This document shows, piece by piece, positions 32,159-42,319 of a DNA stretch of 64,000 nucleotides (position 1 is the stretch's first letter; each line of letters begins with the position of its first letter). The notes below the pieces were generated by a model. The model saw only the letters and a program-made list of their open reading frames with translations. It did not search any database and was not told the origin of the DNA. The translations under genes were made by a program, and so were the position numbers. The DNA comes from an uncultured Desulfosarcina sp. (lineage in GTDB: Bacteria > Desulfobacterota > Desulfobacteria > Desulfobacterales > Desulfosarcinaceae): positions 6,094,006 to 6,158,005 of the forward strand of contig OY771548.1 in NCBI GenBank assembly GCA_963674765.1, in the 5' to 3' direction.

Positions 32159-34093
32159 ATGAAACAACAACAAAAGTTCTCGCTCAGTTATTATCTGCTT
32201 GTCTTTTTATCGATTGTTCTGATGGAGTCGATCTTTTTCAGCGGCACGGCAGTCAAAGAGATCTCCTACAGCCAATTTCGTAATCTTTTAACCGACAACC
32301 AGATTAAAAGCGTCATTATTGAATCGGATCGCCTCTATGGTCTGGAAAAGGCACAGGCGTTGGCCGAGAACCACTCCGACAAGAATTCCCCGATATTTCA
32401 GCCCCCCCGTAAAAAGGCCCCCTGGCATATCAATTTCGGTCTGAATAGACCGAAGGATTCTCAGCGTGTCGAACGCCAGTTCGTGGTCACGCGACTAGAC
32501 GACGCGCATTTGATTGCCGATCTGCAGGAGTATGGCGTAGACTACCGGGGCAAGATCGAGTCTCACTGGCTGTCCAACTTCATCGCCAACTGGATTCTGC
32601 CCATGGGGCTTTTCATCGTCTTGGGAAGTTTTCTGGCCCGTCGCATGGGCAAGGGTGCTGCCGGATTCCTGGATGTGGGCAAGAACAAGGCGCGTATCTA
32701 TGCCGTGGACCCCTCGCAAAAGGTCACCTTTGACGATGTTGCCGGCGTGGACGAAGCAGTCGAGGAAGTCAAGGAGGTAGTCTCATTTCTTGAGAATCCA
32801 CAACGTTTCACCCGCTTAGGCGCCAAACTGCCCAAAGGGATTTTGCTGGTCGGCCCTCCGGGAACGGGCAAAACGCTGCTCGCCCGTGCTGTGGCTGGTG
32901 AGGCTGGGGTGCCTTTCTTCAATCTGAGCGGATCGGATTTCGTAGAAATGTTTGTTGGCGTCGGTGCCGCCCGGGTACGCGACCTGTTCAAGGATGCCAA
33001 GGCCAAGGCTCCTTGCATCATCTTCATCGACGAGTTGGATGCCGTGGGGAAAAATCGATCCCAGGGAGCCATCATCGGCGGTAACGACGAACGGGAGAAC
33101 ACCCTTAACCAGCTATTGACGGAAATGGACGGATTCGATCCCCAATCCGGCATCATCATCATGGGCGCCACCAACCGGCCTGAAGTACTAGACCCGGCCC
33201 TATTGCGTCCCGGCCGTTTCGACCGGCAGATCCTGGTGGACCGGCCCGATCTTGACGGGCGCATGGAAATTTTTAAGGTGCATACGAGGGATTTCGCCCT
33301 CGGCCCGAATGTCGATTTCCGTAAGCTGGCGGCGGAGACGCCCGGTTTCGCCGGTGCCGAAATCGCCAATGTCTGCAACGAAGCGGCCCTGCTGGCTTCA
33401 TGCAAGGACCGCCAGGCCATATTACAGGCAGATTTCCAGGACGCCATTGAACGGGTCATCGCCGGGCTTGAGAAGAAAAACAAGTTGATCAATCCCCACG
33501 AAAGAAAGGTAGTTGCCTACCATGAATCCGGCCACGCCATCGTGGGTCATCTCACCGCAGGGTCCGACCCGGTCCAGAAGGTGTCCATCATCCCGCGCGG
33601 GATTGGTGCCCTGGGCTACACCCTGCAAACACCCCTGGAAGATCGGTTCCTCATGTCGCGCACCGAACTATTGGGAAAAATCAAAGGACTCTTGGGCGGC
33701 CGTGCGGCGGAAGATATCATCTTTGGCGATGTCTCCACTGGTGCGTCAAATGATTTGGAAAAAGTGGCTGACATTGTTCGTAACATGCTTACCGTATATG
33801 GGATGAGCGAACAGATGCCCAACCGCTCAATGGTGGAAAAATCCTCCAATCCTTTTCTGGGCCAGGGACCGTCAACCCAACGCCGGTCGGAAGACCTCGA
33901 GGCGCTCATCGACAAGGAGAGCCAAACGATTATCAACGACGCCTACCAGGAGGCCCGAAAGATTCTCACTGAACATCGAAGCGAACTGGATGCTATGGCG
34001 GCCCTGCTGCTGGAAAAGGAGAAAATCGACGGACAGGATATTAAGCGCATCTTGGACGAAAATCAAAACATCAAGGATCAGGCTGCCGCCTGA
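32159..34093 (+). CDS. ftsH: ATP-dependent zinc metalloprotease FtsH
   Basis: [27 protein letters not shown]; SD GGAGG. Confidence 0.95.
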   Translation: MKQQQKFSLSYYLLVFLSIVLMESIFFSGTAVKEISYSQFRNLLTDNQIKSVIIESDRLYGLEKAQALAENHSDKNSPIFQPPRKKAPWHINFGLNRPKDSQRVERQFVVTRLDDAHLIADLQEYGVDYRGKIESHWLSNFIANWILPMGLFIVLGSFLARRMGKGAAGFLDVGKNKARIYAVDPSQKVTFDDVAGVDEAVEEVKEVVSFLENPQRFTRLGAKLPKGILLVGPPGTGKTLLARAVAGEAGVPFFNLSGSDFVEMFVGVGAARVRDLFKDAKAKAPCIIFIDELDAVGKNRSQGAIIGGNDERENTLNQLLTEMDGFDPQSGIIIMGATNRPEVLDPALLRPGRFDRQILVDRPDLDGRMEIFKVHTRDFALGPNVDFRKLAAETPGFAGAEIANVCNEAALLASCKDRQAILQADFQDAIERVIAGLEKKNKLINPHERKVVAYHESGHAIVGHLTAGSDPVQKVSIIPRGIGALGYTLQTPLEDRFLMSRTELLGKIKGLLGGRAAEDIIFGDVSTGASNDLEKVADIVRNMLTVYGMSEQMPNRSMVEKSSNPFLGQGPSTQRRSEDLEALIDKESQTIINDAYQEARKILTEHRSELDAMAALLLEKEKIDGQDIKRILDENQNIKDQAAA

Positions 34094-34163
34094 TAGATCT
34101 TGGTTGGGGGCTTCACATTTACTAAACCAGTCCTGCCGGATCACGAGAAAAGAGCAAACGTAT

Positions 34164-35465
34164 ATGGAAGATAAAGCGAAAAACAGAATCGGATTTTGGC
34201 CGGTGGTGGCCATCGGCATCGGCGGCATGGTGGGCGGCGGCATTTTCGCCGTCCTGGGGCTTTCCGTGCAGATGACCCATGGCGCCGCACCGCTGGCGTT
34301 CCTGGTTGCCGGCCTGGTGGCCCTGACGACCGCCTACGCCTACACCCGACTGTCGGTGACCTTTCCCGGACAGGGAGGCACCGTGGTCTTTCTGGACCAG
34401 GCATTTGGCGCAGGCCTTTTCACTGGGACAGCCAATGTTCTTCTTTGGATCAGCTACATCGTCATGCTTTCTTTGTACGCTTACGCCTTTGGCAGTTATG
34501 GCGCAGCCATGTTTCCGGAAGGTTTGCGTTCAGCAGGAAAGCACGTACTGATCAGCGTCGCGGTGCTGGGGGTTACCGGCCTCAATTTTCTCAATGTTGA
34601 AACCATCGGCCGTGCCGAAACCTGGATCGTGGCTGCCAAGATCGGGATCTTGCTTTTTTTTATTGGCGTGGGCACCTGGACCGTCGATGTCTCGCGGATT
34701 GCCGTGGGCAGCTGGCCCCAGGCCACGAGCATTTTGGCGGGGGCGATGATCATTTTTCTGGCCTACGAAGGCTTCGAGCTGATTGCCAACACCGCCGCGG
34801 ATGTCCGCGACCCAAACCGAACGCTGCCGCGGGCATACTACTCGGCCGTCGGGTTTGTCATCCTGCTTTATGTCTTGGTGGCTGCGGTGACTGTGGGCAA
34901 TTTACCGGTTCCACAGATCGTCGCTGCCAAGGACTATGCCCTGGCGGAGGCGGCCGAACCCTTTCTGGGATCTTTCGGGTACCTGTTGATCACCGTAGCG
35001 GCCCTTCTCTCCACCCTGTCGGCTATCAACGCGACCCTGTATGGCGCCGCCCGTCTCAGCTACACCATTGCCAAGGACGGCGAGCTGCCGGAAATCCTGG
35101 AACGTAAGTTGTGGAACCGCCCGGTGGAGGGCCTTTTGATTACCAGCGGCGCCACGTTGCTGGTCGCCAATCTTTTCGACCTGTCAAGCATCTCGACCAT
35201 GGGTAGCACCGGCTTCTTGCTCATTTTTGCCGCTGTCAACGCCGCCAACGTCCATCTGGCCAAGCGGACCGGCAGCCGGCGCTGGATATCCATCGTGGGC
35301 GTTCTGCTATGCCTGGGCGCCCTTTACAGCCTGCTGCACTATACTTGGCAGCACACACCATCCCAGATCTGGGTTTTGGCAGCCATGCTGCTTTTGGCTT
35401 TTGCCGTCGAAAGCACCTACCGGTTGTGGCGGCGGGGCAATCTTATTCTGGAGCCTTTCCGGTAA
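34164..35465 (+). CDS. APC-family amino acid permease
   Basis: GGMVGGGIF, AYEGFE, about 12 TMs. Confidence 0.9.
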   Translation: MEDKAKNRIGFWPVVAIGIGGMVGGGIFAVLGLSVQMTHGAAPLAFLVAGLVALTTAYAYTRLSVTFPGQGGTVVFLDQAFGAGLFTGTANVLLWISYIVMLSLYAYAFGSYGAAMFPEGLRSAGKHVLISVAVLGVTGLNFLNVETIGRAETWIVAAKIGILLFFIGVGTWTVDVSRIAVGSWPQATSILAGAMIIFLAYEGFELIANTAADVRDPNRTLPRAYYSAVGFVILLYVLVAAVTVGNLPVPQIVAAKDYALAEAAEPFLGSFGYLLITVAALLSTLSAINATLYGAARLSYTIAKDGELPEILERKLWNRPVEGLLITSGATLLVANLFDLSSISTMGSTGFLLIFAAVNAANVHLAKRTGSRRWISIVGVLLCLGALYSLLHYTWQHTPSQIWVLAAMLLLAFAVESTYRLWRRGNLILEPFR

Positions 35466-35615
35466 CACGTCAAAGCCAGCGCAGGTGCCGTTCGCAATAT
35501 CAAAATTGCATCGGCTGTGCACCTGGAATGCCGTCCATGGAACGATTTGCTCCGGGATGGCGTTTATTAAGACCGTAAAAATTTGACTTTTAACGGTTTT
35601 ATGGTAGATTTTTTT

Positions 35616-38057
35616 ATGCGTATTTCAAACTGGTTTTTATGGATTACGTGCCTGGCAATTTCGGCGGCCGTTATCCTGAGTTTCCCTTTTTCTCCTCACA
35701 ACGCATGGGGGGCACCATCCTCATCGCCCCAACCGCCGCAACCGGGTTCCGCACCGGAGCGCACCGGATCTTCCCGCTCTCCGAAATATATTGACGTACG
35801 GATCAAACAGCCCCTTAAAACCCTGATTGCCGGGGAATCGGGCAGCTTCGAACTGGAAACACGGCTGACGGCGCCTGATAACACCGTTGGCAAACCGGTG
35901 CAATGGGACCGGGAAGCGGCGGTTCCACTGGTCATCTATATCGCCGCTCCGGAAGCCAGCGGCATCGCATTTATCGACAGGATCCACCCGGACCGGCCTT
36001 ATCGCCATATTCTGGTGAAATTCGAACGCCCTTCCGGATCCGATTCACAGCCCTTGACCGCAAAAGTGGATTACATCGTCAATCCGCGAACCAGTGCTGG
36101 CAGCCACTCTTTCTGGATGGACATCTATGGTGAACTGGTCGATGCAAAAGGCCTCAAGATCCAGGATATGGGCGTCTACCGCCTGCCTTTCGAAATCGAC
36201 ACCCATCTCAAGACCAAAGTTCTGATGCTAACGATCATCGCGGTCGCCGTTTTTCTCTTTATCGTTGAGTGGGTACGTGTGGACGTGGTTGCCATTGCGA
36301 TGATGGTGCTGCTTCCCGAGTTGGGGCTTTTAAACGCCCGGGACACGTTCAAAGGTCTCAGCAGCAACGCCGTGGTGGCGATCATCGGCGTGATGATCAT
36401 CAGCTACGGGTTGAACCGGGCCGGGCTGGTCAATCGCATGATTCAACCGCTGTTGAAGCACGTCGGCAGGAGTTCACGACGGCTGACGGTCATTTTCTCG
36501 GGGCTGATCGCCTTAATCTCCAGCGTCATGCAAAATACCGGCGCCGCCGTGCTCTTCCTGCCCGCCATCCGCCTGGTTGCCTCCTACCGGCTAAAAATGC
36601 CCATTTCCCGGGTGCTTATGCCCATCGGCATGGCGGCTATCCTTGGCGGCACCCTGACCATGATCGGCACCAGCCCCCTGATCCTCCTCAACGACATTCT
36701 TCCCTCCGGGATGCCCAAGTTCGCATTTCTGGAACTGACGCCCATCGGCCTCGCATTGGTGGTCGGCGGGGTTGCCTATCTTTCGACGGTAGGATTGGGC
36801 ATACTTGCCGGACGACAGGAGAAATCCGCTTCTGATCCAAACCAACCCGTCGACCCTGCCCGTGAAGGCATCCTCGACGCTTACCCCCTGATCAAGGGAC
36901 CCTTTGAGATCCATGTTCCCGAGAATTTCCGTCCAGCCCGGCTTCCGCTTACCATAATGCAGATACGCAGACGGTTTCTTGTCAATATCGTGGCTTCGGC
37001 TGAAATCGATGGCACCTGCAAGGTTGCTCCGCTTCCCGACATGACTGTGCAACCGGGTCATTTCCTGTGTGTCTACGGCCCGGCCAAAGCCGTTGAAAGA
37101 TTCGTGAGCGCATACGGACTGGATCTGAAAGCGGAACCGGAATTTTTCAAAAACGATATGTTCAATCCCTCGTTGGCGGGAATTGTCGAAGGTGTGGTAT
37201 CGCCCCGGTCCGGACTTATCGGTCGAACCATCAAGGAAATCCGCTTTCGCGAGACCTTCGGTCTGAATGCCCTGGCCATCCATCAATCCGATAAAGCCTA
37301 TTACCGGCAATTGGCCGACCGGCCGCTTCAAGCCGGCGATGCGGTGCTGTTGCACGGCACCTGGGAGCAGTTGCATGCCCTGGAAGACCTTCACCGAAAC
37401 CTGATCATCATCACGCCGTTTGAAAAGGAATTTCACAAGCCCGAAAAAGCCGCCTGGGCATTGATCTGCTTCATGGTAACGCTGGGCCTGATGATTCTGT
37501 CGAGCTTCTATTTTCAAAGTCGGCCCTACAATCCGATTCCCCTGTCGGTTTGTCTCATGCTGGGCGCTGTAAGTATGGTGCTCACCCGTGTCATATCGAT
37601 CAATGAAGCATATCGGGCGGTCGATTGGCGGACGGTTTTCCTTCTGGGGGGGCTTATCCCGCTGGGAATGGCCATGAACCAGACCGGTACGGCCCAGTGG
37701 ATCGCCAGAGGCATCGTCGCCGGTCTCGGCCCCCTGATGAACCCGCTGCTGCTGTTGATTCTTCTGGCCATCCTGAGCTGCGGATTCACCATGGTCATCT
37801 CCAATGTCGGCGCCTGCACGCTGCTTATCCCGCTGGGGATCTCCATCGCCAACCAGATCGGCGTCGATCCGCGGGTGGCCGCCATTGTGGTGGGGCTCGG
37901 GGTGTCCAACTCGTTCATCCTGCCGACCCACCAGGTAAATGCGCTTTACATGGGGCCCGGTGAATACCGAACCCGGGACTATATCAGGATCGGCGGTGGG
38001 CTGGCGGTCATTTACATCATCATCCTGGTGGTAATGACGTATTTCTTTTACCTGTAA
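35616..38057 (+). CDS. SLC13-family permease with TrkA-C domains and an extra N-terminal domain
   Basis: GGTLTMIGTSP, PTHQVNAL, RCK-C-like middle segment. Confidence 0.9.
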   Translation: MRISNWFLWITCLAISAAVILSFPFSPHNAWGAPSSSPQPPQPGSAPERTGSSRSPKYIDVRIKQPLKTLIAGESGSFELETRLTAPDNTVGKPVQWDREAAVPLVIYIAAPEASGIAFIDRIHPDRPYRHILVKFERPSGSDSQPLTAKVDYIVNPRTSAGSHSFWMDIYGELVDAKGLKIQDMGVYRLPFEIDTHLKTKVLMLTIIAVAVFLFIVEWVRVDVVAIAMMVLLPELGLLNARDTFKGLSSNAVVAIIGVMIISYGLNRAGLVNRMIQPLLKHVGRSSRRLTVIFSGLIALISSVMQNTGAAVLFLPAIRLVASYRLKMPISRVLMPIGMAAILGGTLTMIGTSPLILLNDILPSGMPKFAFLELTPIGLALVVGGVAYLSTVGLGILAGRQEKSASDPNQPVDPAREGILDAYPLIKGPFEIHVPENFRPARLPLTIMQIRRRFLVNIVASAEIDGTCKVAPLPDMTVQPGHFLCVYGPAKAVERFVSAYGLDLKAEPEFFKNDMFNPSLAGIVEGVVSPRSGLIGRTIKEIRFRETFGLNALAIHQSDKAYYRQLADRPLQAGDAVLLHGTWEQLHALEDLHRNLIIITPFEKEFHKPEKAAWALICFMVTLGLMILSSFYFQSRPYNPIPLSVCLMLGAVSMVLTRVISINEAYRAVDWRTVFLLGGLIPLGMAMNQTGTAQWIARGIVAGLGPLMNPLLLLILLAILSCGFTMVISNVGACTLLIPLGISIANQIGVDPRVAAIVVGLGVSNSFILPTHQVNALYMGPGEYRTRDYIRIGGGLAVIYIIILVVMTYFFYL

Positions 38058-38083
38058 TGCATCACCCGCATGGGATGAGAATT

Positions 38084-40639
38084 TCAGTAATTGGTATCAT
38101 GGACGATCTCCTTTACGTTATTTCTGCCGCTTTGCTTCGGTTTGATACAGCCAGCGCGGTGAAGAATGAAGAGCATTTCGATCTGGTTGAGGATCGCGGC
38201 GAGTAGAATGTTTTTCTCTTTTGAAAAGGTTTTTGCCCAATCGGTCAAAAATGCCCAGACGATCGAATAGCCCCAGATCAAGGCAATCTCACGCCAGTGG
38301 ATGGGTGTGATCAAACCGAAGCCATAGGCGGCCAGAAGGGTGCCGATCAGTTTGGTGGCCAGCGCCGACCAGACCATGACCGGCGCTGGATAGGGTTTTT
38401 TCAAAAAGAAGCCTTTGCTGCGGGCCACGAAAAGCGTCAGATGACCGGAAACGGCCATTTTCAGGAATATGTAGGTCTGGACCTGGGGAATGGTCAGATG
38501 CAGCACGTCGAGAGCGATGTAAAGCATCAGGAAGCTGCCGGCCACACCGGTCAGTCCCATGACCGCCGATACGGCAATGATGCGGTGCATGTTCCAGCGA
38601 ACGGGCCCGGGGTCCAGGCCGGTGCGATCATAGGCGATGGTCATGATCGGGACATCGTTGAGAAACGCCAGCAGGATGATCATGATGGCCGTGATCGGAT
38701 AGAAGTTAAAGACAATCATCGCCAGGACGACAAAAATCATGATGCGGATGGTCTCGGTAATGCGGTAAACAGCATAGCTGTTCATGCGCTCGAAGATCCG
38801 GCGCGCCTCCTCCACGGCGCGCACCAGCACCGAGAGGCCCGGCGCGGTCAGGATCAGATCGGCCGCTGCTCTGGCGGCATCGGTGGCCCCGCTGACCGCG
38901 ACGCCCACATCGGCCTGTTTGAGGGCCGGCGCATCGTTGACGCCGTCACCGGTCATTCCGACGATATGGCCCTTGTCCTGGAGCGCCTTGACGATGCCGT
39001 GCTTGTGCTCGGGGAACACCTGGGCGAAGCCGTCCGCCGCTTCGATTCGTGCGGTCAAGTTCCCGTCCGCCGAACGGTCGTCGCCCAACAGGCGATCGGC
39101 ATCCTGGATGGCCTGCCCCAATCCCAATTTGCCGGCCATTTCTCGGGCAATGGCCAGGTTGTCTCCAGTCACCATCTTGACCGCTATGCCGTGCGCTTTC
39201 GCCTGGGCAATGGTTTCCGCCGAATCCTCCCGCGGCGGATCGAACAGCGGCAGAATGCCCAGAAACTCCCACGGGCCATCAGGCTCACGGGTGCGGGCCA
39301 CACCGAGCGTACGCTGCCCCTTTGCGGCCAGGTCGTCGATGACTGCCTGCACTTTTCGACGGCGCTGCGAATCGAGTCCGGCCATGTCCATGATCACCTG
39401 GGGGGCGCCCTTGGCTGCCTTGAATCGGTGACCGCCTCTGGCGCGAAGCGTCGCTTCGGTGCGTTTGCCCACCGGGTCGAAGGGCATAAACGAAAGAAGG
39501 TCGTAACTGTCCAGCGCACCGGGGTTTTCCAGGGTGCCGATTACAGCCGAATCGATACTGTCGTCGTTTTCGGCCTTGGATGCCAGGGCCGCGGTCATCA
39601 GCACGGTTTCCGCTTCTGCCGTATCGAAGGTCATCACATCGCCGACGGTGAGCCGGTTCTGCGTGAGTGTCCCGGTTTTGTCCGAACACAGCACGTCCAT
39701 TCCCGCCATCTCCTCAACGGATTCGAGGCGGGATACGATGGCCTTCATTTTGGACAGCGCCATGGCCCCGACCGCCATGGTTACGGAAAGCACGGCCGGC
39801 ATGGCCACCGGGATCGATGCGACGGTTAGAATCAGCGCGAACTGAAGCAGTTCGGTGAAGCTGGAACCGCGAAACAATTGCACGAGTACCAAAACCGCCA
39901 CCAGCCCGAGACTGAGATAAATCAAGTAGTCACCGATCTGCAGAACGGCTTTCTGGAAATGGGACGGTTTGCCGGCCCCGGCCACCAATTTGGCCGTACG
40001 CCCGAAATAGGTCTGGGCGCCGGTCGTGACCACCAGGGCCACCATCTCCCCCTGCCTGGCGATGGCCCCCGAGTAGACGCTGTCTCCCTTCTCTTTCCCG
40101 GCGGGCAGGGATTCGCCGGTGAGTGCGGACTGATCCACGCTCAGGTAATCGCCGTCAATGAGCTTGGCATCGGCCGGAATGATGTCGCCGGCCCGCAAGC
40201 GGATGATATCGCCGGGAACCAACTCGCGCGCATCGGTTGGCTTCCAGGCGCCGTCCCGTCGCACGCGGCTTTTCAGCGCCAGTTTGTTTTTGAGAGCGGC
40301 GACGGCATTACCGGCCTGGTGCTCCTGCCAGAAACCGACCGCGGCATTGAAAGCCAGAAGGGTGACGATGATGCCGAAGTCGACCCAATGGCGGACAACG
40401 AGTGATAGCATTGCCGCCGCTTCGATCATCCAGGGAATCGGCCCCCACAGAAAGCCGAGAAATTTGACCAGTGCACTCGTCGTCTTCTCGCTGATTTTGT
40501 TGGCACCGAACTGCGCCATGCGTCGGCTGGCCTCATCGGCGGACAGGCCCTGGTCGGAGGTATCCAATTGTTGCATCAGTTTCTTGATGGGCGTCTTTTG
40601 GGCGTCTTTGATCGATATTGGGTTCACATCCATGATCAT
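38084..40639 (-). CDS. Plasma-membrane proton-efflux P-type ATPase (P3A)
   Basis: LTGES, IPVAMP, CSDKTGTLT, KGAPQ, TGDGVNDAPALK, NDVPIMTIAYD. Confidence 0.93.
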   Translation of the reverse strand: MIMDVNPISIKDAQKTPIKKLMQQLDTSDQGLSADEASRRMAQFGANKISEKTTSALVKFLGFLWGPIPWMIEAAAMLSLVVRHWVDFGIIVTLLAFNAAVGFWQEHQAGNAVAALKNKLALKSRVRRDGAWKPTDARELVPGDIIRLRAGDIIPADAKLIDGDYLSVDQSALTGESLPAGKEKGDSVYSGAIARQGEMVALVVTTGAQTYFGRTAKLVAGAGKPSHFQKAVLQIGDYLIYLSLGLVAVLVLVQLFRGSSFTELLQFALILTVASIPVAMPAVLSVTMAVGAMALSKMKAIVSRLESVEEMAGMDVLCSDKTGTLTQNRLTVGDVMTFDTAEAETVLMTAALASKAENDDSIDSAVIGTLENPGALDSYDLLSFMPFDPVGKRTEATLRARGGHRFKAAKGAPQVIMDMAGLDSQRRRKVQAVIDDLAAKGQRTLGVARTREPDGPWEFLGILPLFDPPREDSAETIAQAKAHGIAVKMVTGDNLAIAREMAGKLGLGQAIQDADRLLGDDRSADGNLTARIEAADGFAQVFPEHKHGIVKALQDKGHIVGMTGDGVNDAPALKQADVGVAVSGATDAARAAADLILTAPGLSVLVRAVEEARRIFERMNSYAVYRITETIRIMIFVVLAMIVFNFYPITAIMIILLAFLNDVPIMTIAYDRTGLDPGPVRWNMHRIIAVSAVMGLTGVAGSFLMLYIALDVLHLTIPQVQTYIFLKMAVSGHLTLFVARSKGFFLKKPYPAPVMVWSALATKLIGTLLAAYGFGLITPIHWREIALIWGYSIVWAFLTDWAKTFSKEKNILLAAILNQIEMLFILHRAGCIKPKQSGRNNVKEIVHDTNY

Positions 40640-40660
40640 GTTCCTTCATGACAGGTCTCC

Positions 40661-41098
40661 TTAACGGACCAGCATCAGGCTTGCCGGCAGCCGGCGAATA
40701 ATGGCATCGTTGGTCTTGCCGAAGAGAAAGTGTTCCAGACGCCCCTCCCGGTGGGCCAGCATCAGGATAAGATCGACACCTTCCTTCTCTACCGCCTGGG
40801 AAATGGCTTTCACCGGATCGCCATCCTTGACCCATTCGTTGATCAACATGCCTTCGGCTTTTTCGATACGGATGATCCGATCCAGTTTCTCGCGCGCCTT
40901 GGCAATCATGGCCTTGTACTCCTCGTCCAGGGAGGGCACCGGAAGATTCCATCCGTTGACGTTGAAGGGATCGTGGATGATGTGCAGGACATGCAGTTGC
41001 GCCCCGAATTTTCTGGCCAGGGCAACTCCGGTGCGCAGCACCTTGACACAATTTTTGGTAGAACGGCTGACGACAAGAATGTTATTGAATGTTTCCAT
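40661..41098 (-). CDS. Universal stress protein
   Basis: NILV, GDP, VDLILM, LFG motifs; SD AAGGAGG. Confidence 0.9.
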   Translation of the reverse strand: METFNNILVVSRSTKNCVKVLRTGVALARKFGAQLHVLHIIHDPFNVNGWNLPVPSLDEEYKAMIAKAREKLDRIIRIEKAEGMLINEWVKDGDPVKAISQAVEKEGVDLILMLAHREGRLEHFLFGKTNDAIIRRLPASLMLVR

Positions 41099-41132
41099 GG
41101 GAACCTCCTTTAGTTGTGGCACACAGTGTTTT

Positions 41133-41498
41133 TCAGTGCGCCGTGTTTTCGGCAACCGTGTCGACGATACGTTCGAATTCCATGGCCTTGCTCAAAAAAT
41201 GATCCGCACCCAGGTTCATGCATGCCTTCCGGTAACGCGGATCATCGAGGGTGGTCATCATGATGACTTTCATTTCCGGGTAAGCCGCCTTGAACCGTTT
41301 GAGCAACATAATCCCGCTTTGATCGGGCAAATGGATATCGAGAATGACCGTATCGGGTCGGGTTTGCTCGACCGTCTCGATGGCCTCGCGACCGCTTCCG
41401 GCCTCTCCGACGACGCGAATCAGTGGGGATTCATGTAAAAGTGCGGCAATCCGTTTTCGCATCGTGGAAGAGTCGTCGACAATCAGTACCTGTTTCAT
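41133..41498 (-). CDS. Single-domain response regulator
   Basis: VLIVDD, ILDIHLPD, FLSK. Confidence 0.9.
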   Translation of the reverse strand: MKQVLIVDDSSTMRKRIAALLHESPLIRVVGEAGSGREAIETVEQTRPDTVILDIHLPDQSGIMLLKRFKAAYPEMKVIMMTTLDDPRYRKACMNLGADHFLSKAMEFERIVDTVAENTAH

Positions 41499-41672
41499 TG
41501 GCTTGCTCCTTATTCTCGTTACGCCAATAATAAAAACGATAGGTCGGCACGGAAATCGGCGATCATCTGATCTTGATGTAGGCGTGGGGCGGGAGAAGGT
41601 GTCGGTGTTTGTCCGACAACCGGATGCTTGCGGGAAAAGGATGAAAAAGGATAGCTGCGGTTTCCGCCGGCC

Positions 41673-42305
41673 TTATTCCACCAGGCCGTTCTGAACGGCG
41701 TAGTGAATCAGCTCGGCATTGTTTTGCAGGTGCATTTTCTCGAGGATGCGGGCACGGTAGGTGGAAACGGTCTTGACGCTCAAGGCCAGGGACTCGGCGA
41801 CCTGGGAGACGGTTTTCCCGGAGCCGATCAGGCACAGCACCTGGTATTCGCGGTCGGACAGGGTTTCATGGGGCAGCCTGCTGGCGTCTTCGTCCAGGGC
41901 AAAGGCGATCTTTTCCGCAAGGGATGGATTGATGTACTTGCCGCCGCGGTGCACTTTGCGGATGGCTCGGATCAACTCCTCGTCGGCGCTTGCCTTGGTC
42001 AAATAGCCGGACGCACCGGCCTTGATGATTCTCAGGGCGTACTGGGATTCCGGGTGGATGGTGAGGATAACCACCGGCAGGTGGGGTTTTTCGATCTTCA
42101 GCTGTTTGAGAACGTCCAGCCCGTCCATCCCGGGCATCGACAGGTCCAGCAGGACGACGTCATAATCATGATGACGAACCAGATTCAGCAGTTCGATGCC
42201 GTTGGCCGCCTCGCCGACAACGGAGATGTCGGCCTCTTCGGTGATGATCTGTTTCAATCCGGCGCGTACGATCGGGTGGTCATCGGCAATAACGACGTTG
42301 ATCAT
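41673..42305 (-). CDS. NarL/UvrY-type response regulator
   Basis: REC plus LuxR HTH (LSDREYQV...KTVSTYR). Confidence 0.95.
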   Translation of the reverse strand: MINVVIADDHPIVRAGLKQIITEEADISVVGEAANGIELLNLVRHHDYDVVLLDLSMPGMDGLDVLKQLKIEKPHLPVVILTIHPESQYALRIIKAGASGYLTKASADEELIRAIRKVHRGGKYINPSLAEKIAFALDEDASRLPHETLSDREYQVLCLIGSGKTVSQVAESLALSVKTVSTYRARILEKMHLQNNAELIHYAVQNGLVE

Positions 42306-42319
42306 GAAGTGACTCCTTT

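Noticed and set aside
38084-38230. Unusual C-terminal tail of the H+-ATPase as a regulatory domain
   Set aside because: More likely a junction scar after the last TM; cannot be resolved without an alignment
36591-39829. Long antisense ORFs (446 aa and 510 aa; similar ones lie opposite the MCPs and kinases)
   Set aside because: Shadow frames of well-supported GC-rich genes
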